From positions 1-44,994 of the IMG/VR virus record IMGVR_UViG_3300044472_000006: a stretch of DNA of 44,994 bases. One strand, given 5' to 3'. This stretch comes from a virus (Duplodnaviria; Caudoviricetes). The position numbers and the translations under genes were made by a program. The stretch's first letter is position 1; each line of letters starts with the position of its first letter. Below are positions 33,770 through 44,265 of this stretch, piece after piece. Below the pieces are notes generated by a model. The model was not told the origin of the DNA, did not search any database, and worked only from the letters and a program-made list of their open reading frames with translations.

Positions 33770-34730
33770 TTAATCCTCCTGCAACTCCGCCGGCTAGACC
33801 ACCAACAACCATTCCAGCAGGACCACCAACAACCCCGCCAAGAACACCTTTACCAGCACCTTTAAGCGCAGAGCCCCAATTCCAGCCTTTTTTCATTTTA
33901 TCACGAGCTTCTAGGTTTCTTTCCATTTGATCATTATACATACTTTCACGATTCAAACCTAAATTCTCATACATTCCAACTTCACCTGGAGCTTGACTTC
34001 TTAATCCAGCATATCCTTCGCCAGCGCCAAGAGCTAATCTTCCAGCATCAGATAATAATCCAGCGCCGGCTAATCTACCTTGCTGACCCATTCCTGCTAG
34101 ACCTAATCCTAATCTACCAGAACCCTCAGCAGCAGCTTCTTGTAATCCTGCAAGTCCAGAAGCTCCAGAGAGTTTACCAGAATGTACCGCATTTGCAATA
34201 GCATTCTCAGTATCAAGTGCAGCTTCTTGAGAACCGTGAGCCTGATCTCTAGCCATTTTAGCCATTTGACCAGAATAACCAGGACCAAATCCGCCAGTAG
34301 CAGCACCGGCAGTTCCTAATTGACGTTTAAGAGCAGCGAAAAATGATGGCAGAACTCTATTACCAGCGGCACGAGTATTAGCTAATTCTTCTGGAGTATA
34401 GCCGCCAGTTTTAATAAAATCACTGTAGAGTTTTCCAGCTTCTCCCGTAGGGAGTCCTCGAAAATCTGCGATAGATCGTTCGACATTTGCTCTATCAGCA
34501 GGATCAATTCCGCCGCCGGACATTAATGATTCCGCGGCGGCGTTAATTGCCGGTAATTGGCCTAGAGCTGTATTATAAGCCCCAGCTGCACCAGTATATG
34601 ATTGATTAGCTCTAGTCTGAGCATCAGAGATTGCTGGATTGTATCGACCAGCGTTTTCATCTCTTTGTTGTTGCTCATATTTATAAAGGTCCTGAGATTG
34701 ATTTCTCGGACTATTTTTGTTTTTACCCAT
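33762..34730 (-). CDS. Putative ejection/pilot protein (Ala/Gly/Gln-rich, C-terminal glycine zipper)
   Basis: GKGVLGGVVGGPAGMVVGGLAGGVAG. Confidence 0.65.
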   Translation of the reverse strand: MGKNKNSPRNQSQDLYKYEQQQRDENAGRYNPAISDAQTRANQSYTGAAGAYNTALGQLPAINAAAESLMSGGGIDPADRANVERSIADFRGLPTGEAGKLYSDFIKTGGYTPEELANTRAAGNRVLPSFFAALKRQLGTAGAATGGFGPGYSGQMAKMARDQAHGSQEAALDTENAIANAVHSGKLSGASGLAGLQEAAAEGSGRLGLGLAGMGQQGRLAGAGLLSDAGRLALGAGEGYAGLRSQAPGEVGMYENLGLNRESMYNDQMERNLEARDKMKKGWNWGSALKGAGKGVLGGVVGGPAGMVVGGLAGGVAGGLSG

Positions 34731-35094
34731 TTAATTCTCTCACAAGACAAGTTCCTTTGATGTCAACGAAACTAAAATGATTCCTTAGTACGTCAGCAAA
34801 TTTCTCATCTTGCGTGAAAACATGAAGTTCAGAAATCTTAGCTTTCTTCGTCTCAAAAATTGCAGCTTCCATTAAAGCTCGAAGTGCTTCGACCTTTTCT
34901 CGAAATCTTGCAGTATCATCAAGTACCAGCACGGCCTCTGCGAATAGCTTGACTGCACCATAAGCGAGTATTCGCCCAGCATCATCAATGACTCTATCCG
35001 AAATAATGTCTCGAATATAGTCTGTTTCGTAGTTTTTTCCTGTACAGAGTCTTTGTATGTTGCTGACATCGGAGTTTATACTTTTCCGAATCAT
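34723..35094 (-). CDS. GNAT-fold-like protein typical of podovirus tail/core blocks
   Basis: MIRK....D...I, G.ILAYG, L...F.F. Confidence 0.55.
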   Translation of the reverse strand: MIRKSINSDVSNIQRLCTGKNYETDYIRDIISDRVIDDAGRILAYGAVKLFAEAVLVLDDTARFREKVEALRALMEAAIFETKKAKISELHVFTQDEKFADVLRNHFSFVDIKGTCLVRELNG

Positions 35095-35927
35095 GAGATT
35101 GAATTAACAGTAGGCATTCCGCCGCCTTTAACAGTAGGAGTAGGCATTCCCCCGCCCATAGGACGACGGCGTCTAAATAGAGGATTAGTTACTCCTGTAC
35201 CTCCAAATCCACCAGTACCAATCGGATTCATTCCACCGCCGGCAAATCCAGTATTTTGAGGAATTGTAGGATTCATTCCTGGACTTCTCATTGAAGATGC
35301 GTTTAATCCGGCCGGGGCCGCCGCAGGAGGAGCGGTCATTGAATTAACTGCCGGAGTCTGAGTTTGTTGAGGCATCGGCGGCTGAGTAGTTTGAGGAGTT
35401 CCGTAAAGATTTCCCCATCCTCCCCAATGTTGAGGAGCAGTATATTGACCTTGAGCCACCGTTGTCCCCCATTGTGCAGTATCTGCCGGCGCTCCATCTT
35501 CTGTAGCAGGAGCTGCTCCACCTTCTCCGGCTGCTGATACTACTCCACTAGCTCTATTCTTATCTCTTAAAGCTGTAGCCTGAGCTAGCGGCATCCCTTC
35601 TGGAACACCTTGTTGTTTACGATAAGCAATAGCAGCAGGAGTCTGATTTGCAGGATCTAATTTATCCCAATGCCTATTTGCAGCATCAACTGCCCAGTCT
35701 GCATTCCCGGCAGCAATATTAGAGTATAGAGCCTTACCGTGCTCCTTCTCCCCGGTAATACCCATATCTTCTAATGAACGACCACGTCGAAGATTATACT
35801 CAATCCATTGATGCCGTTTATTTAATTGCTGCCGCCATTCTTTTGTACCTCGTTTATATCCGAGGTCATCTCCAGAAGGTACTTCTTCTCCAATTACCCC
35901 GGCGCCGGTTTTACCATGTAGAGGCAT
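35091..35927 (-). CDS. Gly/Pro/Met-rich low-complexity virion-associated protein
   Basis: ORF track; C-terminal GGGMPT repeats. Confidence 0.65.
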   Translation of the reverse strand: MPLHGKTGAGVIGEEVPSGDDLGYKRGTKEWRQQLNKRHQWIEYNLRRGRSLEDMGITGEKEHGKALYSNIAAGNADWAVDAANRHWDKLDPANQTPAAIAYRKQQGVPEGMPLAQATALRDKNRASGVVSAAGEGGAAPATEDGAPADTAQWGTTVAQGQYTAPQHWGGWGNLYGTPQTTQPPMPQQTQTPAVNSMTAPPAAAPAGLNASSMRSPGMNPTIPQNTGFAGGGMNPIGTGGFGGTGVTNPLFRRRRPMGGGMPTPTVKGGGMPTVNSIS

Positions 35928-35939
35928 CTTATTTATCTC

Positions 35940-36632
35940 TTAAGTGATTACAGGAACTTCTTCCCAAAGAAGCATAGAAGCTGCTGAATGCGCTACTGGA
36001 GTAGTAGTCGCAAGTAAAGCTAAAACTCCACCAGGAGGAACAATATACTGACCATCTAAGTTCTCAACGAATGAAACTTGTTGAGCTTGAGGACCAACAG
36101 CAGTTGCTAAGAATGCAGCGTTAGAATAAGAGCCGCCTCCCAGTGATGAAGCACCAAATACTACTAAGTTATTTGTCAATCCTGTAAGAGCAACGCCAGC
36201 CATATTTTTAGTTGCTGATGGTCCGGCTTGTAGAGTACGTCTATTAATTGGAGTGCCGCCAAGAGTTAATGCCGCATTTGAAAAAGATCCTGCCCAAGCA
36301 AAAGGTGCAGCGCCAGTAGCCTGTAAAGCTGTAACTGTAATTCCAAGCATTGCTTGAAGAATTACAAGGTTAACCTGAGAGGTAAGAGGATTCCAAACTC
36401 CAGCAATTGGAGTGCAAGTTGCTCCTAGAGTACCAGTAGTAAAAGTGACGTTGGAAATTGATGTAAGTCCCATACCTCCAGAAAAGAGAGCCAATCGGAG
36501 ATTCTGCTCAAAGAATCTTCCATGGAGTTCAGAGACAATCGTCTCACCAAGATTTCCTTGGCGAATAGGCTGAGTTCCTACTCCAGTTGCAATTAATTGA
36601 GGCCCAACTTGTCCTGAAATTTGAGTAGGCAT
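35940..36632 (-). CDS. Putative tail fibre/structural protein
   Basis: Thr/Ala/Gly-rich; WNP, IVPPG and WEE motifs. Confidence 0.6.
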   Translation of the reverse strand: MPTQISGQVGPQLIATGVGTQPIRQGNLGETIVSELHGRFFEQNLRLALFSGGMGLTSISNVTFTTGTLGATCTPIAGVWNPLTSQVNLVILQAMLGITVTALQATGAAPFAWAGSFSNAALTLGGTPINRRTLQAGPSATKNMAGVALTGLTNNLVVFGASSLGGGSYSNAAFLATAVGPQAQQVSFVENLDGQYIVPPGGVLALLATTTPVAHSAASMLLWEEVPVIT

Positions 36633-36818
36633 CTATAACCCTTCCCGTTTTATTCTTTCGTATTCGATTAGAATACTTAGCTTGTCAGAAATCTCTCGAA
36701 GTAATAATTCAACTTCAGGAGAGAAAATAGCAAACTCTCGGACAAGCGAGGCTTTTCGATCAGTAATATCCTGACCGGATTCAGTTGCTAAAAGCGGCTT
36801 AGCTCTACCTTGACTCAT
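36633..36818 (-). CDS. Small structural-block protein
   Basis: LLREISDKL coil; tight packing. Confidence 0.6.
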   Translation of the reverse strand: MSQGRAKPLLATESGQDITDRKASLVREFAIFSPEVELLLREISDKLSILIEYERIKREGL

Positions 36819-37171
36819 GATAGCGAAATCATCCTAACACCAGCTAAATTAAAAGATAAATTTCCAAGAAGACTCTTACATCTCATCACGTCAGTTGAAT
36901 TAAGAGTATCCCCAGTTGTCGCTCTGAACGTATCATAAGGATTAATAATTACATTCTGATAAAGATACTGCTCAGGAGAATCAGCTGCTCCTAATGGAGC
37001 GATCGAGATATAGTAGTAATCCGGATAGGCTGATGGATTTGAGATAGTTAGAGTAGAAATAACAATCTGCTCATTATCATCAGCAGTCAAGAGATCAGTT
37101 AAGATATCAGCTAAGGGCTTAAGCTGAGCTAATATTTCAAATGATTCCTGAACAACTATAGGAGTTGACAT
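36815..37171 (-). CDS. Small beta-sandwich tail protein
   Basis: VISTL.I.N...TL...D......LSF...G. Confidence 0.65.
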   Translation of the reverse strand: MSTPIVVQESFEILAQLKPLADILTDLLTADDNEQIVISTLTISNPSAYPDYYYISIAPLGAADSPEQYLYQNVIINPYDTFRATTGDTLNSTDVMRCKSLLGNLSFNLAGVRMISLS

Positions 37172-37410
37172 TATCCACCCATTAACATGAGAGTTGGAGC
37201 CCAGCGAGTATTTCCAAGAATTGAATTCTTGACTGTATTGAAATTAGTAGTGAGAGCAGCCAATCTTTGTTGAGTAGTCTGTGAAGAATTATCGATTGCA
37301 TGAAGCGTATCTAATAACTGTTGATCATTCGTAACGATTCCGTCAATTAAAATCTTGATCGGAATCTCTAAGGGGGTATTAGTAGAACTCATGCTGGCCT
37401 CTGTGACCAC
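37171..37410 (-). CDS. Small tail protein ending LMLMGG (start probably MSSTN at 37392)
   Basis: Coiled coil plus terminal LMGG motif. Confidence 0.6.
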   Translation of the reverse strand: MVTEASMSSTNTPLEIPIKILIDGIVTNDQQLLDTLHAIDNSSQTTQQRLAALTTNFNTVKNSILGNTRWAPTLMLMGG

Positions 37411-39308
37411 ATTTGTTTAAGGAAGAAGACAACATCATTTAAATCAGAACAATAACTATTAACTGCATTACAACTAATTCCTACTGAAAGTCTCTCATTA
37501 GTTACATTCCAAAGAGTAACAAGATCAGCAAAAGGAGTAAGATTTAGTGTTCTATCAATAGAAAAATCCTGTGTATCTGTAATATATCCGCGAATATTTA
37601 GAGTACCGTTCCCAATAATTCTTAGACGAGATCCTGCAAAGTGAAGTAATACAGTATCCGAATCATCAATATAAGGAAATATAATCTGCCAGTAGATAGG
37701 AGTTTGATCATATTGCCACGGCGGCACAAGAGGCTCCCCACCAGTTTGACCCTCTCCTCCTACTTGATCGAAATTTGAAGTATCAAAGAGAAAGAATAGA
37801 TCAAATTTTTGAAAGAAATGAAAAATCGTCTCCTCAGCAGTGGTAATTACACCTAGAAAAGGAGCATTACTAGTATCAAGATTCTGGCAAGTCCAAAGAG
37901 ACCAGCGAATATTATCAGGATCTAATCCATTGTTGAAATCTCCCATTAGAACATAGCCATATGTTCCATCATTTGAGACTACGAATAATTGCTTGCGAAT
38001 CGAATCAACGGTAACAGCTGAGTTCTTTCCGAAATAGGTACGCCAAATACGATCAATTACATAACTAAGAGGACGATCTGAATATCTTCCATAGAATTGA
38101 AGTAGTCCAGAATCATCACAGACTAGTAAGGTATCCTTAGAGTCTCCTTTAGAATCAAGAACAGCGGTAACTCCATCCGGATTTCCCGTTCCATAGCCAC
38201 CATCAATTGTTGTAATAGGCCATGTATTAGGCGCATCTCCATTTGCTATGGTAGCGATTGTACGATGCTCTTTCCAGAATTCAAGGGATCCTCGATATTC
38301 TCGAGTATTTCTAATTCCGCCGCCGTCACCTGGAGAAACTAAAATAAATCCTTCGGTTGTATCAAAAGATTCTGGTTGACCAGTTAGAGAGACGCGTGCA
38401 ATTGAATCTTCGCCGCTTGAAGCAAATCCTACTAAACTACCTTGATAAGTTCCGAAGCCTAAAAATGCATTAATAACTTCGGCAAGATCAAGAAGATAGT
38501 CTGCCGAGTCTAAAAGTTGTGAGTCAAGATCGTCAATAGTAAGAGTAGTAGTTACATTATCATTAATAGTCCCATCGGGAACAAAGAAAAGTTCATAATG
38601 TGATGGATTGCCATCATAAGTCTGAATACGCTTTGTCATTAAAATATGGCGTTTAGATACATATGCAGGTCCAACTGGGATATTTGTAAGATTAATTTTT
38701 CGTTTTCCAGGAGCAGTATAGAAAATTACAGGTCCAGGTTTAGTGATAAATCCAGTATCAGTCTCGTAAGCTACTGAAATTAGATGCCTACCTTTAGTTA
38801 CATGTCCTCCAACAGCTCCAGTAGCAGCAGCAAAAGTAGGACCAACTGGAGCAAGTCCAGCAGCTAATCTAGCTACTCCAGTTCCTGTATATACATAAAC
38901 AAACTCGCCGGGAAATCCATTAGTTCCATTATGAGGAGTAATATATGCTCGATCAAAAAGCGTAATCATCGAGAAATCAGTTGCTGCATTTCCTAGTGTA
39001 AGAATTAAAGTTGGAGTACCTGTTGGATCAACATCATAAAAAGTTGGGGCGCCGCCGCCGTACATCATAATATAGTGCGGAGACTGACCTACTTTCTGAT
39101 ATTGATGTACTCTTATTGGAAAATCATTGATTACGTTAAATCCTTTAGGATGAATTCCAAATCTAGTTCGAGCAGTCTTATTAGCAAATTGAGAGTTCCG
39201 GTTAAGTCTGTGATACTCAGACGGAACAGACTCCTGACTTCCCCGATCAAAGTATCCGTTATGTTCGGATAGTGAGATTGTATTATGTGACCTAATCATC
39301 GGAACCAA
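37389..39308 (-). CDS. Tail nozzle/stabilisation protein (P22 gp10 / T7 gp12 position)
   Basis: Beta-rich 639 aa with N....R.G near the N-terminus, S....PE.F and WS.W; located after the adaptor. Confidence 0.6.
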   Translation of the reverse strand: MVPMIRSHNTISLSEHNGYFDRGSQESVPSEYHRLNRNSQFANKTARTRFGIHPKGFNVINDFPIRVHQYQKVGQSPHYIMMYGGGAPTFYDVDPTGTPTLILTLGNAATDFSMITLFDRAYITPHNGTNGFPGEFVYVYTGTGVARLAAGLAPVGPTFAAATGAVGGHVTKGRHLISVAYETDTGFITKPGPVIFYTAPGKRKINLTNIPVGPAYVSKRHILMTKRIQTYDGNPSHYELFFVPDGTINDNVTTTLTIDDLDSQLLDSADYLLDLAEVINAFLGFGTYQGSLVGFASSGEDSIARVSLTGQPESFDTTEGFILVSPGDGGGIRNTREYRGSLEFWKEHRTIATIANGDAPNTWPITTIDGGYGTGNPDGVTAVLDSKGDSKDTLLVCDDSGLLQFYGRYSDRPLSYVIDRIWRTYFGKNSAVTVDSIRKQLFVVSNDGTYGYVLMGDFNNGLDPDNIRWSLWTCQNLDTSNAPFLGVITTAEETIFHFFQKFDLFFLFDTSNFDQVGGEGQTGGEPLVPPWQYDQTPIYWQIIFPYIDDSDTVLLHFAGSRLRIIGNGTLNIRGYITDTQDFSIDRTLNLTPFADLVTLWNVTNERLSVGISCNAVNSYCSDLNDVVFFLKQMWSQRPA

Positions 39309-39952
39309 GGACCAATTGTATTTGGGCGGCGGCGAGTTCTAAGACTTTGGTTATTCTTAACACTCATTCTAATCAGAGTATCTAGAGCACTATCTGCATC
39401 CGCCTGAAGTGCAGAAGCCCTATCAGGATTTTCTCCAATAGTAAAAGCTGCCAGCGCCGCCGTTCGAGAAGATAGGTAAGTCTTAGCATTTACTACAATG
39501 ACTGGATTAGACAGACCTGTAATTGTAGGAATAAGATACCGATATCTCATCCTCACATGTCGAGTAGTTGTATTTCCAATTACATGAATGTCATTTGCAG
39601 TATAGGACCAGAAGTTGAAAGATTCATCAGGAGTTAAATCAGGTAGAAAAGTAACACGAACAATTAAAGTATAATTAGGATCTAGCGATCCAGCTGGTTT
39701 TTCATGAAGTTCAATAGGTTCAACAAAATCTGCTGGAAGAGGTAATAAATCAGTAGTTCCAGGAGGAAAATCAGGAAATTCAAAGAAAGCTTCAAAAAGA
39801 ACTGGGACATCACTTAAATCAAGCCGCCATCCTAATTCATCATGAGCCTTCTTGAAATAAGGTAGTAGAATAGTACTAGTAAATAGCTGACCAGCCTGAT
39901 CGTTTAGCAGAGCTTGTGCTTCTGTAATACAATCACCAACTGTATAGCTCAT
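39296..39952 (-). CDS. Head-tail adaptor protein
   Basis: TV.D.I..A..LLND...LL.Y...A..EL, LP.DF. Confidence 0.7.
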   Translation of the reverse strand: MSYTVGDCITEAQALLNDQAGQLFTSTILLPYFKKAHDELGWRLDLSDVPVLFEAFFEFPDFPPGTTDLLPLPADFVEPIELHEKPAGSLDPNYTLIVRVTFLPDLTPDESFNFWSYTANDIHVIGNTTTRHVRMRYRYLIPTITGLSNPVIVVNAKTYLSSRTAALAAFTIGENPDRASALQADADSALDTLIRMSVKNNQSLRTRRRPNTIGPWFR

Positions 39953-40590
39953 ACCGTAGCAAAGCTTTCTTTCTTATACTTCCCAGGTTGCATAATAAAT
40001 TTGCAATTAGGACAAAGTACAGCAAGAGAAGAAACTACTGTACGACATGCGGAGCATTTAATCATCTGCTCTTTAAGAGGATCAATATTCCATTCACGTT
40101 CAAGTTGAAGAACTGATGCTGCAATTCGCTGATCATCTAAGATTACACGATGATTGTGATATTTATTCCAGTCGTTATCGGCAATTTCACAAAGAGCCTT
40201 GAACCATCGAAGTTGATTCTGTCGAACCTGCTCAAGTTTCTCAGTTTTCTCCTTACGAACTTTATCTACATCGAATTCACCTTCGAACCAAAATAGAGCT
40301 GGAACTTTCTCTTCTGGAACATCAACAGCTACTTTTGCCTGAATATAATCCTCACAGATAGCTTTAGCAATCTGAGTTGCTGGTACAATATGAGTAAGGA
40401 TATCAGGAGTTCGATCATTAGTCTGATAGCCAAGATATTGAGTCCGAGTACCATCCTCAACTACTAAACAGGTTAGATTTTTCGTTTCATCATGAAGATC
40501 AACCTTAGGAAGACGATAAACTGAAGGATAAAGGCCAACTTTATGCTCATAAATCGCCCATGGTAACATCGAACAAACAGTAGCTTTCAT
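39949..40590 (-). CDS. Hypothetical protein with C-terminal zinc ribbon
   Basis: CSAC...CPNC. Confidence 0.7.
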   Translation of the reverse strand: MKATVCSMLPWAIYEHKVGLYPSVYRLPKVDLHDETKNLTCLVVEDGTRTQYLGYQTNDRTPDILTHIVPATQIAKAICEDYIQAKVAVDVPEEKVPALFWFEGEFDVDKVRKEKTEKLEQVRQNQLRWFKALCEIADNDWNKYHNHRVILDDQRIAASVLQLEREWNIDPLKEQMIKCSACRTVVSSLAVLCPNCKFIMQPGKYKKESFATV

Positions 40591-41147
40591 TTCGATACCT
40601 CTAAATTTGCCATTGAAATACCTTCGCCTAAGTGTAATGAATCTTCAATTCCTGAACGCTGGACCATTTCGAGAAAAAGTTTACGCTCCTCTTCTCGCTC
40701 TGCTAACTCCGCCGCGTCCCAATCAGCTTCAGTTTTAGGATTTTTCCGAGCATGAATCTGACCTTCATAGAACCATCTAACTAGAAGTAGCACAGCTTTT
40801 AGAATTGGCTCTTGATATTCATTCTGTTTCTTATTCAAAACATCCCGAAATACCCAGATACATTCATATCCATTATGATTAGGAAGCTCTCGGCTCATCT
40901 CAGAAGGAAGTCCTTCTAAAGACTTCTCAAGAAGCCATTTTCCTCGATGCACAGGAGTAGGATATTTAGGAACATATCTAGTTTCTGTTACTTCTCGCAG
41001 AAAGTTTCCATGCTCATCAAAGTCTACGAAAGTTCCTTTCCTCCACTCAAATTCATCATTTGCAAATACAATACGAAACTTAGGACGTCCATTAGCTTCC
41101 TTACCAAATTTAGTTCGCAATACTGAATTAATATACGTAGAGTTCAT
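40587..41147 (-). CDS. Hypothetical protein downstream of the capsid gene (start MNSTY)
   Basis: GGGG RBS; the longer ORF-track start overlaps the capsid gene. Confidence 0.7.
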   Translation of the reverse strand: MNSTYINSVLRTKFGKEANGRPKFRIVFANDEFEWRKGTFVDFDEHGNFLREVTETRYVPKYPTPVHRGKWLLEKSLEGLPSEMSRELPNHNGYECIWVFRDVLNKKQNEYQEPILKAVLLLVRWFYEGQIHARKNPKTEADWDAAELAEREEERKLFLEMVQRSGIEDSLHLGEGISMANLEVSK

Positions 41148-41199
41148 AATTCCCCAAGGCCGTTTTTCAGAGGTAGGAGAACGGCCAAACTCCGGAGAA

Positions 41200-42459
41200 C
41201 TAATATCCGCTCGGGATCGAAAGAGTGTCGATGAAAGATGCTCCAGCAGGATTCTTATGGAAAAGATTAAAGCTGGCAACGATATAGAAGAGTTGTGATG
41301 TTGCAACACCTCCTAGAGCGTCACGAACCTCGAAGAATTTCTTTCCACCAACTTCATAGAATCCTACAGGATTCAGTTCTGCACGACCCCAGAACTGTTT
41401 TACGCAGAAATCAATTCTGGTACGATCCCAGAGGAATGATTTCTTGACAGGGGCACCAGCCATCTGCATATTATCATTGAAGTAAAGATTCACACCTTCT
41501 TCTTTAGCTTCTTTGAAAATAGTCGAAACCAGCATCGCAAGCTCTTCGTAAGCCTGAGCCTGCGCAGGATGCATCCAAGCCATGATATCAAAGTTGGAGT
41601 CGATACCTACACGATCTCCAATCTTATTAATAGCAAGGCGAGCAAATGGAAGTGCGAATGCACCTCCGGCGGCTACTCGGTTTGCACGAATTTCAGGAGT
41701 AGTTGAACGATCAAAGCCGAGCCAAGTTCCAGTTGAAGAGGCATTGTGATGATATTGTACACCGAGAAGTCCTACCGGCGGAGTTGAAGAAAGTCCAGAG
41801 GCAACAAGTCTATCCGTTGCGATGATACCTGCTACACCAGTCGGGATACGAATTTGGTTGTTAGCAAGATCATAGAAAACGATCTTTTGTTCGTTTCCTA
41901 CAGTCCTGTTTGTAGTCAGGGCCGCGTTGTAGATATTAATATACTGACCAAAACGAGGAAGTTTGGCTCTGAAACCATCAGAAGCTAGAGTCAGTGTATC
42001 AAATCCAGTCGGCGTATTTGTTGAAACTGCTGAAATCGTTCCTAGAGTTCCATCGCCAGCGCCCATACATTGAGCATCGACGTTGCGTCGAAACTCGGGC
42101 ATCGCTTTCGCGATTAGTTCGCGAAAATAATTTACTACAGACTTACGAGTCGAGTCCGAAGCCCATTCAGCTTTCTTCGTCCACTCTACACCAAACTTAT
42201 GATGTGTGGAGTTAATCAAAGCCTTATCGTAAGTCGGACCATCTCCTCGACCTAGTCCACCACCATCAGGGTTGAAATATCCGTAGTAACCTCCAGGCCG
42301 AAGCTCCAGAGGAATACGCATATCTCTACCTGAGATTACTTCTACGTCCGTACCCTTATCTACCCAAGCATAATAGGTACAATCGCGTTCGAAAAGCGTT
42401 TGAACATCGGGCAGGACTCGTTCTAGTTCTGCACCTAAAATCTTATCTTCTTGTGCCAT
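41200..42459 (-). CDS. Major capsid protein
   Basis: 419 aa downstream of the scaffold; G.GDGTL and GL.G..Y patterns. Confidence 0.8.
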   Translation of the reverse strand: MAQEDKILGAELERVLPDVQTLFERDCTYYAWVDKGTDVEVISGRDMRIPLELRPGGYYGYFNPDGGGLGRGDGPTYDKALINSTHHKFGVEWTKKAEWASDSTRKSVVNYFRELIAKAMPEFRRNVDAQCMGAGDGTLGTISAVSTNTPTGFDTLTLASDGFRAKLPRFGQYINIYNAALTTNRTVGNEQKIVFYDLANNQIRIPTGVAGIIATDRLVASGLSSTPPVGLLGVQYHHNASSTGTWLGFDRSTTPEIRANRVAAGGAFALPFARLAINKIGDRVGIDSNFDIMAWMHPAQAQAYEELAMLVSTIFKEAKEEGVNLYFNDNMQMAGAPVKKSFLWDRTRIDFCVKQFWGRAELNPVGFYEVGGKKFFEVRDALGGVATSQLFYIVASFNLFHKNPAGASFIDTLSIPSGY

Positions 42460-42561
42460 CTAATTATCTCCCAAAACAAAAATTGATTGTTTTAGGAAAC
42501 TTGTTTTTAGCGCGCTCTCGAACGCGATCATCTCGAGACCGTTTCCTTTTTGTTTACCTTA

Positions 42562-43056
42562 TTACATTCCACCGACTTCAACGGAGGCAAAATCTGCATC
42601 CGGTCGGCAGAGGCAAACAGTAAATGATGGATCTTGGTTAGCAGCCGTAGTTGTAATGTTTAGAGCACCGCCAGAAGTTTGATTAACGAATACTTCTAGA
42701 TAGTCTCCAGCTACTAACTCTAAAATTGCAGCGGTCGATTGTGAAGTTACTAAAGTCGCCGATTTAGCTGACTGACGGCCAATGACGCCGGCACCATTCT
42801 TTACGAAATAAAGTTCACGATCACCAGTGGCCGAAGCTGCGAAAGTAACGTTTGCTACGCAGTGATAATAGCCAGCCCTTTGAATTGTAATACGAGAGGG
42901 GTTGACGGAAGAACTCCACATTCCGAAGATGTTGCCGCCAGCTCCGATAGCAGCTTCAAATGGAATTACTTGGGGAGTTCCTGAGACTGCAATTGAAAGA
43001 GTTGCAGTCGTCCTCGTTACGCGTGCAAACTTAATATTGGCAATGTTCAGACCCAT
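42562..43056 (-). CDS. C1q/TNF-like jelly-roll protein (decoration or receptor-binding candidate)
   Basis: IPF, SRITI..AGYY...A.V.F, L.AGDYLEV.V.Q.SG. Confidence 0.7.
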   Translation of the reverse strand: MGLNIANIKFARVTRTTATLSIAVSGTPQVIPFEAAIGAGGNIFGMWSSSVNPSRITIQRAGYYHCVANVTFAASATGDRELYFVKNGAGVIGRQSAKSATLVTSQSTAAILELVAGDYLEVFVNQTSGGALNITTTAANQDPSFTVCLCRPDADFASVEVGGM

Positions 43057-43101
43057 ACATTCTCCGTTAGAGATACTTCATTAACACTCGCGTGAAGGTC
43101 T

Positions 43102-44265
43102 TTACTTAACATTCCTCATCAAGAAGTCACGATCCGACATCTTATTAGCTAATTGTTTATCTGTAGCTTTTCCAGCCGGTCGCTTATTTCCTCCGCCGCC
43201 GGCTGGAATTTGAGGTTTATTTGACTTTATAACTTGTTTAGAGATTCCAAAGTATTCTTTCTTATATTTTGAGATTAGATTAGGAAGATATAGTCGTGCA
43301 CGAGTTACATATTGAGCCTGTAAAGCTTTCTTAATTGCTGGAGTATATCCCTCTGCATGGGCACGATTAACTAATGAGGACATACGACGCATATGATCTC
43401 TATCAGCTTCTAATTGCTCACCTAAAGCTTCCATCACGGTATCAATATATGACATACGCTGCATATTAGTAGCTTGAAGATCTCGAGTAGCGTTTAAAAC
43501 CTGAGAAGCTAGATACTCATGAGTCTCATCTTGAGTTGACTCCGCAAAATTACTAAAATCCTGTCTTTGTCTCTCAGAAAGTGTACGCTTTAACTGTTCT
43601 TTTTCAGGATCAATAGTTGGTTTCTGATCCTGAGGAAGTTCAGTATCATCATAGATAAGATTTGCAATATGCTTTACAGCTAATACAAGATTTTTATCCT
43701 GCCGCCGCTCACCTTCTTTCTGAACCTGAGCAAGTACACGACGAACGATAGGTTCAGTGGTCTTGAAATAAAGATCAGGACTTTTCTTTAATAGTGCTGG
43801 AAGAAAATTACTTGAGAACCGCTCAAGAGACTCACTAGAAGTCTCAGAAACTGCATTAAGAAGAGGAGAAGCTTTACCACTTAGAATATTCTGAGAAAGA
43901 CGATAGAAGTTCTCATAATTCTCAACAACTTCTTTAGCCTCATCAGGAGAAGAAAAAACCGAAGAATATTGAGCATCTCTAAAGATCGCTCGACGAACCT
44001 CGGGATTCTTCTTCAGAAGATCAGGATAATCTTTATTAAGTTTATTAACAATATCCTTGGCCTCTAAAGGAGTTTCTTCTTTTTCTTCTTCAGTCTTCTC
44101 TTCCTCAGCTTCTTCTTCCTCTGAAGAAGCCTCTTCTGTCTCTGGTTCTTCAGTCTCAGTCTCTTCGGAAATATCTTCTCCGACTCGATTTAAATAATCA
44201 AGATCAGATTCATTCTTTTCAATTTGTTCAGTATCGTCAGAAACATCAGCAACATCATCAGCCAT
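43102..44265 (-). CDS. Scaffolding protein candidate
   Basis: Very acidic N-terminus and helical body; lies between portal and capsid. Confidence 0.7.
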   Translation of the reverse strand: MADDVADVSDDTEQIEKNESDLDYLNRVGEDISEETETEEPETEEASSEEEEAEEEKTEEEKEETPLEAKDIVNKLNKDYPDLLKKNPEVRRAIFRDAQYSSVFSSPDEAKEVVENYENFYRLSQNILSGKASPLLNAVSETSSESLERFSSNFLPALLKKSPDLYFKTTEPIVRRVLAQVQKEGERRQDKNLVLAVKHIANLIYDDTELPQDQKPTIDPEKEQLKRTLSERQRQDFSNFAESTQDETHEYLASQVLNATRDLQATNMQRMSYIDTVMEALGEQLEADRDHMRRMSSLVNRAHAEGYTPAIKKALQAQYVTRARLYLPNLISKYKKEYFGISKQVIKSNKPQIPAGGGGNKRPAGKATDKQLANKMSDRDFLMRNVK

